Positions 17,129 through 25,766 of a DNA stretch of 25,892 nt are shown here, piece by piece. Source of the DNA: Vulcanimicrobiales bacterium (GTDB taxonomy: Bacteria > Vulcanimicrobiota > Vulcanimicrobiia > Vulcanimicrobiales > Vulcanimicrobiaceae); NCBI GenBank assembly GCA_038231455.1, contig JBBRLI010000032.1, positions 1 through 25,892 of the forward strand. The letters are read 5' to 3'. The position numbers were made by a program, and so were the translations under genes. Under the pieces are notes generated by a model. The model searched no databases. It was not told the DNA's origin and saw only the letters and a program-made list of their open reading frames with translations. The first letter of the stretch is position 1. Every line of letters begins with the position of its first letter.

Positions 17129-18001
17129 ATGTCACAGGCGAATTTTCACCGCGTTGCCGTCGCCATCGACGGCTCGCCGGCGGCACAAGCGGCGCTCGGG
17201 CTTGCGCTCACGATCGTCGCACCGGGTGGAGAGGTCGCGTTTATCCACGCTCTCAATCGAACCGCGGTGATCGCCGAGTGCGTCACCCCGTACGGCGGCG
17301 ATGCGACCGTTGCGCTCGACGCACTCGAAGATGACGAGGGCGATCTTCTCGCCGCTGCCGTCGGACGCGCAACCGCGCAAGGCCTGCGTTCCACAACCCA
17401 CTCGCTGGACGGCCCGGCGGGCGATACAATCGCGAAATTCATTCAGCGCGACAATTTCGACGCCGTCGTTCTTGGAACAGACGGTCATACGGGCTTCGAG
17501 CGACTGATGCTCGGGAGTACCGCGGAGACCGTGTTGCGCGGCGCGCACGTCCCAACGTTCATCACGCGCGAACGGATCGTCTCGCGCGCCGAAGTCGGCA
17601 TCTGCCGCATCCTCGTTGCAGTCGATGAGTCGGGACCGGCAAGCGATGCCGTACGCTACGCGATCGGCCTTGCCGCGGAACACGAAGCAAACATCGTCTT
17701 TGCCCACGTCGCTCCGAAGAACGCCGCGCCGGCCGCCGAGGCGCCGTACATCCGCGCGGCAACCGACGAAGCGACGCGCAGGGGCGTTGAGAGCGAGACG
17801 ATCGAGTTGCACGGGTCGCCCGAGGAGGCAATTCCAATCGCGGCCGAGGCAACCAAGAGCGACCTCATCGCCATCGGCACGCATGCCCGTACGGGTCTCG
17901 ACCGCATTCGCCAGGGCAGCGTCGCCGAAGCCGTCATCCGCGCGTCGACCATCCCCGTCCTCGTCATTCCGCTGGCAGTACGAACACCCAGCCGGATGTG
18001 A
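17129..18001 (+). CDS. Universal stress protein, tandem USP domains
   Basis: VAVAIDGS, LGTDGHTGFERLMLGSTAE, IGTHARTGLDRIRQGSVAE..PVLVI. Start ATG 17129. Confidence 0.94.
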   Translation: MSQANFHRVAVAIDGSPAAQAALGLALTIVAPGGEVAFIHALNRTAVIAECVTPYGGDATVALDALEDDEGDLLAAAVGRATAQGLRSTTHSLDGPAGDTIAKFIQRDNFDAVVLGTDGHTGFERLMLGSTAETVLRGAHVPTFITRERIVSRAEVGICRILVAVDESGPASDAVRYAIGLAAEHEANIVFAHVAPKNAAPAAEAPYIRAATDEATRRGVESETIELHGSPEEAIPIAAEATKSDLIAIGTHARTGLDRIRQGSVAEAVIRASTIPVLVIPLAVRTPSRM

Positions 18002-18062
18002 AGACGGCGCGAAGATTGGTTCGCTCATCGTTCATTCGATCGCGAACCGCTCTCGTTACCAT
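17997..18062 (+). promoter_or_regulatory. Promoter of ba3 oxidase operon with TTC tandem sites; leaderless
   Basis: TTCGCT-N5-TTCATT-N20-TACCAT-N6-ATG. There is also an opposite-strand pair TTCGCG-N5-TTCACA at 18013-17997. Confidence 0.55.
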
Positions 18063-18068
18063 CAGCAC

Positions 18069-18188
18069 ATGAATGAAACCGATCGTGATGCGCCCCTACC
18101 CGCGACGCTGAAATTCGTCCTGAGCATGGGCGCCGTCTTTTTCATCGCTTGGTTGCTGATGTTCGCGCTCGTTCAGAAGGAGTGGTAG
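18069..18188 (+). CDS. Single-TM 39-aa protein, probable ba3 oxidase subunit IIa (CbaD-like)
   Basis: MNETDRDAPLPATLKFVLSMGAVFFIAWLLMFALVQKEW lies immediately before subunit II, as in B-family oxidase operons. Confidence 0.75.
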   Translation: MNETDRDAPLPATLKFVLSMGAVFFIAWLLMFALVQKEW

Positions 18189-18189
18189 C

Positions 18190-18663
18190 GTGCCGATCCA
18201 CCTTCACCGGGCAGAACGCCTCTGGCTGATCCTCGGCGGCACGATGCTCGCCATTTTCTTTGCGGTGATCGTTACCGCTGCCGTGGTCGAGGGCTTCGTG
18301 CCGCCGAGCCACGTGCAGAGCATCGATCCTGCCAAAGTCGCGCAGACACCGCCCTTCGATCACCCCGGATTGCGCAAGATCGGCGACCACGAGTACGAAG
18401 CGTACTACATTGCGCGCGTCTTCGCGTTCGAACCAACGACGATTACGGTTCCGGTCGGATCCAAGGTGACGTTTTACGTAACGAGTGCCGACGTCGAACA
18501 CGGCTTCAGCATCCCGCAGACCGGCGTCAACACGATGGTCACCCCCGGCTGGGTGAGCACCGTCTCGCACACGTTCAAAGCTGCCGGGACGCTACTGCTG
18601 GTGTGTAACGAGTATTGCGGCGCGAGCCACCAACTGATGGCCGCGAAAGTCGTGGTGCGCTAA
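18190..18663 (+). CDS. cbaB: ba3-type cytochrome c oxidase subunit II
   Basis: One TM helix, TPPFD.PG, TSADVEHGF, CNEYCGASHQLM (CuA). Confidence 0.93.
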   Translation: MPIHLHRAERLWLILGGTMLAIFFAVIVTAAVVEGFVPPSHVQSIDPAKVAQTPPFDHPGLRKIGDHEYEAYYIARVFAFEPTTITVPVGSKVTFYVTSADVEHGFSIPQTGVNTMVTPGWVSTVSHTFKAAGTLLLVCNEYCGASHQLMAAKVVVR

Positions 18664-18664
18664 G

Positions 18665-20347
18665 ATGGCGCAGCTGCTAACCCCGCCGATTCGCGTCGCT
18701 CCGACGAGGCTCGAACTCTCGAACGCCGACGGCGATCTCCTCGTGCTCACCCACATCTACACGGCGACGCTCGTGCTTGGGGTCGGCGCGCTCTTTGGGA
18801 TGTTGCAAGGCTTCTCGCGCGCGAACTGGATCGTCATGCCGTCGTGGTTTGACTACTATCGGATGCTCACCGCGCACGGCGTCCTCATGGCGCTGGTGTT
18901 CACGACGTTTTTCATCACGGGTCTCATCACGTACGCAACGTACCACTCCATCAAACGCGATCGCTCGGTGCGCATCGGGTGGATTGGCTACGTCGTCATG
19001 CTCCTGGGGACGACGATCGCGACGATCGAGATCCTTGCCGGCAACGCGACGGTGCTCTACACGTTCTACGCGCCACTCAAAGCCGATCCGCTCTTTTATA
19101 TCGGCACGACCTTACTCGTTGTCGGCACGTGGTTCGTTGCCTATGACATTCTCGAAAACGTCGTGTGGTTCAAACGCAACAACCCGGGCGTCATCAGCCC
19201 GCTGCCGTCCTTTTTAGGCGCGGCTACGATGACGATGTGGGTGATCGCAACGATCGGTGTCGCGATCGAAATGCTCTTCATGCTCATCCCCTGGTCGCTT
19301 GGCTGGGTGCCGGGCGTCGACGTGAGCCTCTCGCGGATGCTCTTCTGGTATTTTGGCCATCCGCTCGTCTATTTCTGGATCATGGGCGCGTACATCATTT
19401 GGTATACGATCGTGCCCGCAACGTTCAACGGTTCGCTCTTCTCCGACGCGCTCACGCGGCTAGCGTTCATCTTGCTGCTGGTCCTCTCGACACCCGTCGG
19501 CCTGCATCACCAGTATCTGGAGCCCGGAATATCCGCGGGCTGGAAACTGCTCCACACGACGCTAACCTACGGCGTCGTCGTTCCGTCATTTATGACGGCC
19601 TTCGCCCTCTTTGCCACCTTCGAGCTCGCCGCGCGCAAAGCGGGCGTGCGCGGTTTTTGGAACATCGTGCGCTGGTTGCCGTGGAAGAATCCGGCTTTTG
19701 CCGGCCCCGCCTGCGCGATGCTGCTCTTCATCCCCGGCGGTTTCGGCGGCATCGTGAACAACTCGTATTCGATGGACGTACTCGTGCATAACACGATGTG
19801 GATCGTCGGACACTTTCATATCACCGTCGGCGGTCCGGTCGCCCTCACGTTCATCGGCGCCTCGTATCAACTCGTTCCCGCGCTCACCGGACGCAAACTC
19901 TTCGCACCGCGCCTTGCGCTCATTCAAGTCTATACGTGGTTCGTCGGGATGATTCTGATGTCGACTGCGATGCACTGGGCCGGGCTCCTCGGCGCACCGC
20001 GCCGCACGTCGGATGTCACGTACTTCGGCGCGCAGGGCGCAGCGTCGTGGCATCCCTACATGGTCGCTGCCGGCATCGGCGGAACGCTCATCGCGATCTC
20101 GGTGCTGCTCTTCGTCATCGTCGCGACGGGCACGTTCGTTGCAAGTCGCCGCGAAAATCCCGTGCAATACGGCGAACTGACCTTTGCCGTTCCGGAACCG
20201 GGCGGCGCCCCGACGCCGCGCGCGCTCGATCAACTCGGCCGCTGGGCCGTCATCGCGCTCGTGCTTGCGATTCTTGCTTACGCGGGTCCCGTGACACAGC
20301 AATTGACCGCCCACGCGTATCCCGCCGCCGGCATGCGAACGTGGTAG
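18665..20347 (+). CDS. cbaA: ba3-type (B-family) heme-copper oxidase subunit I
   Basis: YY..LTAHGVLM, LYTFYAPL, FWYFGHPLVYFW, GLHHQY, VHNT.W..GHFH, G.PRR. Confidence 0.95.
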   Translation: MAQLLTPPIRVAPTRLELSNADGDLLVLTHIYTATLVLGVGALFGMLQGFSRANWIVMPSWFDYYRMLTAHGVLMALVFTTFFITGLITYATYHSIKRDRSVRIGWIGYVVMLLGTTIATIEILAGNATVLYTFYAPLKADPLFYIGTTLLVVGTWFVAYDILENVVWFKRNNPGVISPLPSFLGAATMTMWVIATIGVAIEMLFMLIPWSLGWVPGVDVSLSRMLFWYFGHPLVYFWIMGAYIIWYTIVPATFNGSLFSDALTRLAFILLLVLSTPVGLHHQYLEPGISAGWKLLHTTLTYGVVVPSFMTAFALFATFELAARKAGVRGFWNIVRWLPWKNPAFAGPACAMLLFIPGGFGGIVNNSYSMDVLVHNTMWIVGHFHITVGGPVALTFIGASYQLVPALTGRKLFAPRLALIQVYTWFVGMILMSTAMHWAGLLGAPRRTSDVTYFGAQGAASWHPYMVAAGIGGTLIAISVLLFVIVATGTFVASRRENPVQYGELTFAVPEPGGAPTPRALDQLGRWAVIALVLAILAYAGPVTQQLTAHAYPAAGMRTW

Positions 20348-21054
20348 CTGGCGCGATCGGCCTTCTGCTCGCGGCGGTGCAGTTCGCACTGCCGCCGATG
20401 CAGATCGGCGACACGCTACCGCCGACGGCCCTGCGCGATCAAACGAGCGCACCGCTCTCGACGACTTCGCTTCGTGGTAACCTCACGCTGGTCGCCTTTA
20501 TGTACACCCGCTGTCCCGAGATGTCGCAATGCCCCGCCGTCACCGCCAAGTTTGCCACGATGGCGCGTGCACTTGGGCCGAGCGAACATCTCCGGCTACT
20601 CGAGATTACGCTCGATCCCACGCACGACACGCCCGCCGTTCTTTCCGGATACGCACGTTCGTACGGCCGCGGCGATCCACGTTGGCGTTTTGCGACCGGC
20701 GATCCGGAGGCACTCGTCGAGCTTCAAACGCGCCTGGGCGTTTCACTACGCGCAGCACCGGATGGGCGACTCGTCCATGAAGACCGGCTCCTGATCTTCG
20801 ATGACGCGCAGCGGCTCGCCGCGACGATCGAGGGCACGGACTGGGCGCCGCTCGATGCGCTTGCGCGGGCACGCGGACTCGCAGCACAGCGCATCGCACC
20901 ACTCGCGACGGTTCGATTGTGGCTCACGTCGGCGATCGCGACTTGCGGCGCGAGCGTGCCGACCTTTGCCGCGTGGTCGGCGCTCGTCCTACTCGTGGCG
21001 CTTGGCGCGATTTTCGGGCTTGCGATGCGACGCGCACTGCGTTCGACGCCATGA
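20341..21054 (+). CDS. SCO/SenC-family copper chaperone with C-terminal membrane anchor
   Basis: FMYTRCPEMSQCP, ITLDP.HDTP.VL..YA, WRFATG, LVH. GTG start at 20341. Confidence 0.88.
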   Translation: MVAGAIGLLLAAVQFALPPMQIGDTLPPTALRDQTSAPLSTTSLRGNLTLVAFMYTRCPEMSQCPAVTAKFATMARALGPSEHLRLLEITLDPTHDTPAVLSGYARSYGRGDPRWRFATGDPEALVELQTRLGVSLRAAPDGRLVHEDRLLIFDDAQRLAATIEGTDWAPLDALARARGLAAQRIAPLATVRLWLTSAIATCGASVPTFAAWSALVLLVALGAIFGLAMRRALRSTP

Positions 21055-21890
21055 CGCGCGTCGAACGGAGGCTTGCCTTCGGTACGCTGCTGCTCGCGAG
21101 TAGCGCCGTTCTGCTCGCGTCGGCAAACACGCACTGGAATCAAACAAGCGCGCGACTCCTCCGACGGCTCGACGATGGTCTGGCACGCAATCGCGTCGCG
21201 TCGACCGACGTTGCGATTCCGCCGTGCGTGCAACGATACTTCACCTTCGCACTCGGCGAGCAGCGGCGTGCAATCGAGCGCGTGAAACTCGTGCAGAGCG
21301 GTACGATGCGCGGCGATTCGACATCGGCGTGGAAACCGTTCCAAGCGATCGAAACGCTAAGCGCGCGGGCGCCCGGGTTCCTTTGGGATGCGACGATGCC
21401 GATCGCACCTGGCCTTGCAATCCGCGTGCGCGACGGATACGTCGAGGGCGCCGGCATTTCGGAGGGTTCGCTCGGTGCGATCGTCCCGCTCGGCGGCTCG
21501 AAGCCGGGGCCGGCGGCGAACCACGCGGCGCTGTTACGGTATTTCGCCGAGTCCGTCTGGATCCCGACGGCTCTGCTACCGACGAGCGGAGTTCAGTGGA
21601 CGCCGATCGACGAGTTGCGCGCGCGCGCGACTCTGACGAGCGCAGATTCGACGGTTTCGATGGACGTCACGTTCGGTGTCGACGGGAGCATCACGCACAT
21701 CGCTGCGATGCGCGAGCGAGCGGTGGGATCGATGCTTGTGCTCACGCCATGGATTGGAGAATTTTCCGAGTATACGAACGTCGAGGGCATCATGATTCCG
21801 CTCGTCGGCGCAGTGTCGTGGGCGCCGGTTGCGGGATCTTTTCGCTATTGGCGCGGGCACGTCGACGCCGTAGCGTACACCTTTGACTAG
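21051..21890 (+). CDS. Conserved hypothetical protein (DUF6544-like)
   Basis: P..VQRYF, Q.G.MR, W.PF.A, PGFLWDA, V.DGY..G.G, L.RY.AE.VW.PTALL. ATGA overlap with SCO. Confidence 0.75.
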   Translation: MTRVERRLAFGTLLLASSAVLLASANTHWNQTSARLLRRLDDGLARNRVASTDVAIPPCVQRYFTFALGEQRRAIERVKLVQSGTMRGDSTSAWKPFQAIETLSARAPGFLWDATMPIAPGLAIRVRDGYVEGAGISEGSLGAIVPLGGSKPGPAANHAALLRYFAESVWIPTALLPTSGVQWTPIDELRARATLTSADSTVSMDVTFGVDGSITHIAAMRERAVGSMLVLTPWIGEFSEYTNVEGIMIPLVGAVSWAPVAGSFRYWRGHVDAVAYTFD

Positions 21891-21914
21891 GGCGTCTGGC
21901 GAGGCGACGCGGCG

Positions 21915-22799
21915 CTAGAAGGAACCGGCCGCCTGAAGTTGTTCGGTTTGCTTCATTTCTTTCGCACGCGACTTGGGCATCGCGACTTGATGGAAGCGCG
22001 GGTGATTGGGACGGTGCGCGACGCGCCAGATTTGCGGGGTCACGCCGCTCGCCGCGCGGAATTTGCGCGCGAAGTACGCCGGATCGGCGTATCCCGCCAT
22101 CATGCCAACCGTTGCGATTGCCTCGTCGGTCTCCGCGAGCAGAGCCCGAGCATGTGCCATGCGAATACCGCACACCCATGCGCTGAGCGAAACACCGGTG
22201 GAACTGCGGATGAGATCGTTGAGGTGCCCGCGTGTGTAGCCGATTTCCTTGGCCAATTCCGCAAGGCTGACGTGGCGATCGAGATGACTCCAGAGCATCC
22301 GAAAGGTCGCGTGCACGACGCGGCGCGTCTCGAAACTATCTCGCAGCCAAAAATAGCGCGCAAAGCGCTCTTTGAGCGAGAGAATATCGAGCGGTCCGAC
22401 GCGGCCGATGGACGTGCGCCGAACGAGTTCGCGCATCGTCCCTTCCCACTCCGGGCGGTCGACTTCCGGAACGACGCGCAAGAGCGGAGCGGAAAACGCG
22501 CGCAAAGGCGAGCTCGGCGAATTCCCTTGCTCGCGAATGGCAAGTCCCAAGAGCGCGTGATCCGGCGAAACGCGAACCCGCACGCGACCGGGCGGAGCAA
22601 AAAGCAAACTTCCGGGCTGGAGCGTCGCGCGCAGACCGGCAACCTCGATCGATGCCGAGCCGGCGGTCATATACAGAATCGCCCACGTTGCGGTGACGAA
22701 TTCATCGCTCCCGTGCGAATCCGGTCCATCACCACGCGCGTCGATGCCCAGGATCGACGATCCGGAATCCGCGACGTACACCACTTCGCTGCGCTGCAT
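21915..22799 (-). CDS. AraC-family transcriptional regulator
   Basis: C-terminal SLAELA..IGYT..HL...TGVS...IRM.HA..LL...GYADPAYFARKFR...GVTP..WR. Confidence 0.9.
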   Translation of the reverse strand: MQRSEVVYVADSGSSILGIDARGDGPDSHGSDEFVTATWAILYMTAGSASIEVAGLRATLQPGSLLFAPPGRVRVRVSPDHALLGLAIREQGNSPSSPLRAFSAPLLRVVPEVDRPEWEGTMRELVRRTSIGRVGPLDILSLKERFARYFWLRDSFETRRVVHATFRMLWSHLDRHVSLAELAKEIGYTRGHLNDLIRSSTGVSLSAWVCGIRMAHARALLAETDEAIATVGMMAGYADPAYFARKFRAASGVTPQIWRVAHRPNHPRFHQVAMPKSRAKEMKQTEQLQAAGSF

Positions 22800-22902
22800 C
22801 TTCCGGTGTTCTTCGAGACCGACTCGCCGTTGACTTTATCAGCGGTTCGAGCAGGCGACCAATCCGCGATTTGTCCTAGTTTCGTACGCTTCTCAGAGCG
22901 AT

Positions 22903-23358
22903 TTACGGGAGGAGGTGCGTATCATCTCCCGCTTGCGGCGGCGTCTTCACGACAAGCAACTTGAGATGGCCGCTCGTTTCGATCGAGCCTGCGTGCGGCA
23001 CGCCCTTGGGGACGATTAGCAAAACGCCTGGTCGCAGATCGACGACCCGCTCGCCAAGATACTCTGTCCCCGTTCCCTCGACCACGTACTGAATTTCATT
23101 TGCGTCCGCGTGGTAGTGCTTCTTCACCGTTCCAATTTGAACGGAGACGGTCGCACCGTCGGCCGTCGCGAGTGTTTTAGAGCGGAACGTGGCTCCGGGA
23201 CCTGCCGGGTTCAGGTCATCGGATGCCACCGCGGTCAAGTCGACGACTTGCGAGGTGAGCGGCGCGGACGCTGCGTGGGCGGCGGGAATCCGCGACACGG
23301 CAAAACCCAGTGTGAATGCGCTAAGCACCATGAAGCTCGATCCGAGAAAACGACGCAT
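22903..23358 (-). CDS. Exported cupin-domain protein
   Basis: Signal peptide from ATG 23358 (GAAGGGG RBS); KHYH...EIQYVVEGTG...L.PG.L..VPKGVPH. Confidence 0.88.
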   Translation of the reverse strand: MRRFLGSSFMVLSAFTLGFAVSRIPAAHAASAPLTSQVVDLTAVASDDLNPAGPGATFRSKTLATADGATVSVQIGTVKKHYHADANEIQYVVEGTGTEYLGERVVDLRPGVLLIVPKGVPHAGSIETSGHLKLLVVKTPPQAGDDTHLLP

Positions 23359-23457
23359 GAAAGTCCCCTTCGTGAACGGCGGCGATCGCTCTTGAACGCC
23401 CGTACGAAGTGTAGCGCTCTGCACGCCAACTCTCCCTTGGTCGTCGCCAAACTCGCA

Positions 23458-23775
23458 TTACGGAGCCGTCGCTAAGTCGTCATTTTCGCGCACGAACTGC
23501 GCGAGCTCGGCATACGCGGGTCCGCCAACCGCGAATCGTTCGCAAATCTGGACGAACTGGTAGCTCGAATGCCACAGGCGCGACCAATCCGCCGGCTGCC
23601 CGCGTACGAGCGCGCGCTCGTATGCTTCGAGCACGCCTTCACCAACGTCCGTGAGGAGCATCCGCAACAAATCGTGCGTCGATCCGATCGCGACGTCGAT
23701 GTTGCGATTCATGCGCTCGATCGAGCGCGTATGGTCGTATCCGTACTCGACGCGCAGCGCGCCGCTAGTTTGCAT
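23458..23775 (-). CDS. Hypothetical protein
   Basis: 105-aa ORF fills the gap co-directionally. TAGACT -10 lies 6 nt before the ATG. Confidence 0.6.
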   Translation of the reverse strand: MQTSGALRVEYGYDHTRSIERMNRNIDVAIGSTHDLLRMLLTDVGEGVLEAYERALVRGQPADWSRLWHSSYQFVQICERFAVGGPAYAELAQFVRENDDLATAP

Positions 23776-23836
23776 ACCAAGAGTCTACGCCGATTCCGAT
23801 CCGAAGCGTCAGGACGATTCGCGGATTATCGCGCGC

Positions 23837-24784
23837 CTAACTCAGAATCGCGGCCAAGGCCGGCGGGATCGCACGACGATCACCAACGGTACTCGCCGTT
23901 ACCAGAGAAAGACCCGCACGCGCCAAGAGCGCTTTCCCTTTGGCTCCGAGCAGAAACGCAACGAACGCCGCACCGCCGCTGGGATTGGTTGCGTTCGTCG
24001 GAATCGTCACCGCATACACAATCGGGGCGCCCCGGTACGTTTTCGTTCCGACCGTCACGGACGCTGCGAAATAGAACGCCGACTCTTTGGGATCGCCGAG
24101 ATTGATCTGCGGCGGAAGGTCCACAACGTCGAGTCCACGCGAGATCGACTCGGTCGAATACGCCCAAATCGCATCGACTTCACCGGTCTGAAGCCGAGCT
24201 AGCGCAACCTCTTCAGGCACGATTTGTTCGGCGTTGCGATCCTCGCCGAGAATGCTCTTCGCAAGGCCGAGCTGCCGGTAGAACGTCTCGGCAAGTTGCA
24301 TGACCATCAACACCCGGTAGCCTTTGGGATCTTGTGCCGGATCGGTCCGCGCAACGACGATCCCGGGCTGTTGGAGAACCGCGTACCAAGGCTTCGTCCC
24401 GCGCGCGGCGGCTGCGAAGTCTGCCGCGAATTTGGATTTTGCCGAATACGCAATCTGCATGCGCGTCGAGGCAAAGGTCGTATACCACTTCGCCGTATCG
24501 CGACCGCTCGGCCCGCGCAGCGATTCGATCGCGGCGGTATCGGCACTGATAAAGACGTCGGGTGTTCGTAAGCCTTCGCGAATCAGATTGGCGATCGCCG
24601 TGCTCCCGCGGCCCTCGCCGTGATACGTATATCCGGTTGCCGCGAACGCCGGTCCAAGGGACTTCTCCATCAGCGTCACAAGCGATCCCGCATACGCAAT
24701 CGACACATCGGCATCGGCGGCGCTCACCGCGTGAGGCGCGAGCAAAGTTGCCGTCGCGAGTCCGAGAAAAAAACGACGCTTCAT
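23837..24784 (-). CDS. Molybdate/tungstate-type ABC substrate-binding protein (WtpA/ModA-like), Tat signal
   Basis: MKRRFFLG signal, YAGSL, GS, PDVFISAD, RTDP.QDP.GYR, Y.T..A, INLGDP, PIVYAVTIP. Confidence 0.85.
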   Translation of the reverse strand: MKRRFFLGLATATLLAPHAVSAADADVSIAYAGSLVTLMEKSLGPAFAATGYTYHGEGRGSTAIANLIREGLRTPDVFISADTAAIESLRGPSGRDTAKWYTTFASTRMQIAYSAKSKFAADFAAAARGTKPWYAVLQQPGIVVARTDPAQDPKGYRVLMVMQLAETFYRQLGLAKSILGEDRNAEQIVPEEVALARLQTGEVDAIWAYSTESISRGLDVVDLPPQINLGDPKESAFYFAASVTVGTKTYRGAPIVYAVTIPTNATNPSGGAAFVAFLLGAKGKALLARAGLSLVTASTVGDRRAIPPALAAILS

Positions 24785-24785
24785 C

Positions 24786-25709
24786 CTAGACCGGTTTCCA
24801 CGCGACATAGGGCGAGAGGGCAGCGTCGATAAACGAGCACGTCGGCGTTGCGACGCCGGCGTCTCGACCGTACCGGACGACCGCTCCGCCGAGCCACGGC
24901 AATTCGAGCCGGTAACCGTTTTCGAGATCGCCGTGCATCGATGAGGTCATCTGTGCCGGTGCCTGATCGCAGAAGGCCATGCGTTGGTCGGCAAAATCAA
25001 CCGGCAGCGCGATCCCGCGCGCGCGCGCGACGGACGTTGTCTCGGCCATGACGTCGTGAAGCAATTGCCGGGTCCCGGGATGCGAGCGCAGCACGCCCAG
25101 CGGAGCGCGTACGAGTGCGGTCATATCGCTCAGACCGACGATGAAGACAAATTTCTCCCACGTCACGCGCGCGATGTCATCGGAGACCTCGATCTCGATG
25201 TTCGCGGCGCGCGCCACATCGGCGAACGCACGAACGCGCTCGACTTGCGCCGGTTGGTAGGCACCGACGATCAGTTTTGCAAGCGTTCCCGTATGTGCGA
25301 TCGCGCCGGGTTCGGCGATGACCGAGGGAATGTAGGCAACTCCGCCCATGCGGTGTTCCGCTCCAATGGCCCTGGCGAGAACATCGTCTTTGTCGACGCC
25401 ATTTTGGAACGACACGACAAGCGTTTGCGGACCGACGAGCGGAGCGAGTGCCCCAGCCGCGCTCTCCGTATCCCAGAGTTTGACGGCGAAGATCACGATG
25501 TCGACGGGGCCGATGTCGGCGACGACATCCGTTGCATTCGCCGGATGAACGAGCACGTCGCCAAGCGCGCTGCGCACCGCAAGCCCACGCTCACGGATCG
25601 CTGCGAGGTGCTTACCGCGCGCGATGAACGTCACGTCATTTCCCGAGGCGGCAAGCCGTGCTCCAAAATATCCGCCCAGGCCGCCGGTTCCCATGATCGC
25701 TATGCGCAT
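24786..25709 (-). CDS. panE: 2-dehydropantoate 2-reductase (ketopantoate reductase family)
   Basis: G.GGLGGYFG, AVKLWD, QNGV, WEKF, SSMHGDL..G.RLE. Confidence 0.92.
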   Translation of the reverse strand: MRIAIMGTGGLGGYFGARLAASGNDVTFIARGKHLAAIRERGLAVRSALGDVLVHPANATDVVADIGPVDIVIFAVKLWDTESAAGALAPLVGPQTLVVSFQNGVDKDDVLARAIGAEHRMGGVAYIPSVIAEPGAIAHTGTLAKLIVGAYQPAQVERVRAFADVARAANIEIEVSDDIARVTWEKFVFIVGLSDMTALVRAPLGVLRSHPGTRQLLHDVMAETTSVARARGIALPVDFADQRMAFCDQAPAQMTSSMHGDLENGYRLELPWLGGAVVRYGRDAGVATPTCSFIDAALSPYVAWKPV

Positions 25710-25766
25710 GGTGCGGCCTTTCGTCTCCGATGGCCGATTCGCTCTACCGCGCCGGCCGCCAGCACG

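Noticed and set aside
19798-20340. Long N-terminal extension of the SCO ORF
   Set aside because: It is an off-frame overlap with cbaA. The real start is about 20341.
20509-20535. SCO C-x5-C instead of CxxxC as a novelty
   Set aside because: Longer-spaced variants of this motif occur among bacterial SCO proteins.
23391-23408. TTCGTA...TTCAAG pair upstream of the cupin gene as a regulon site
   Set aside because: The period is 12 bp rather than 11, and it lies downstream of the likely -10 (TACACT).
2734-25548. Numerous long Arg/Ala-rich antisense and off-frame ORFs (e.g. 7434-8345, 9667-10857, 12517-13653, 21939-22964)
   Set aside because: They are typical high-GC shadow ORFs overlapping well-supported genes and show no recognisable motifs.
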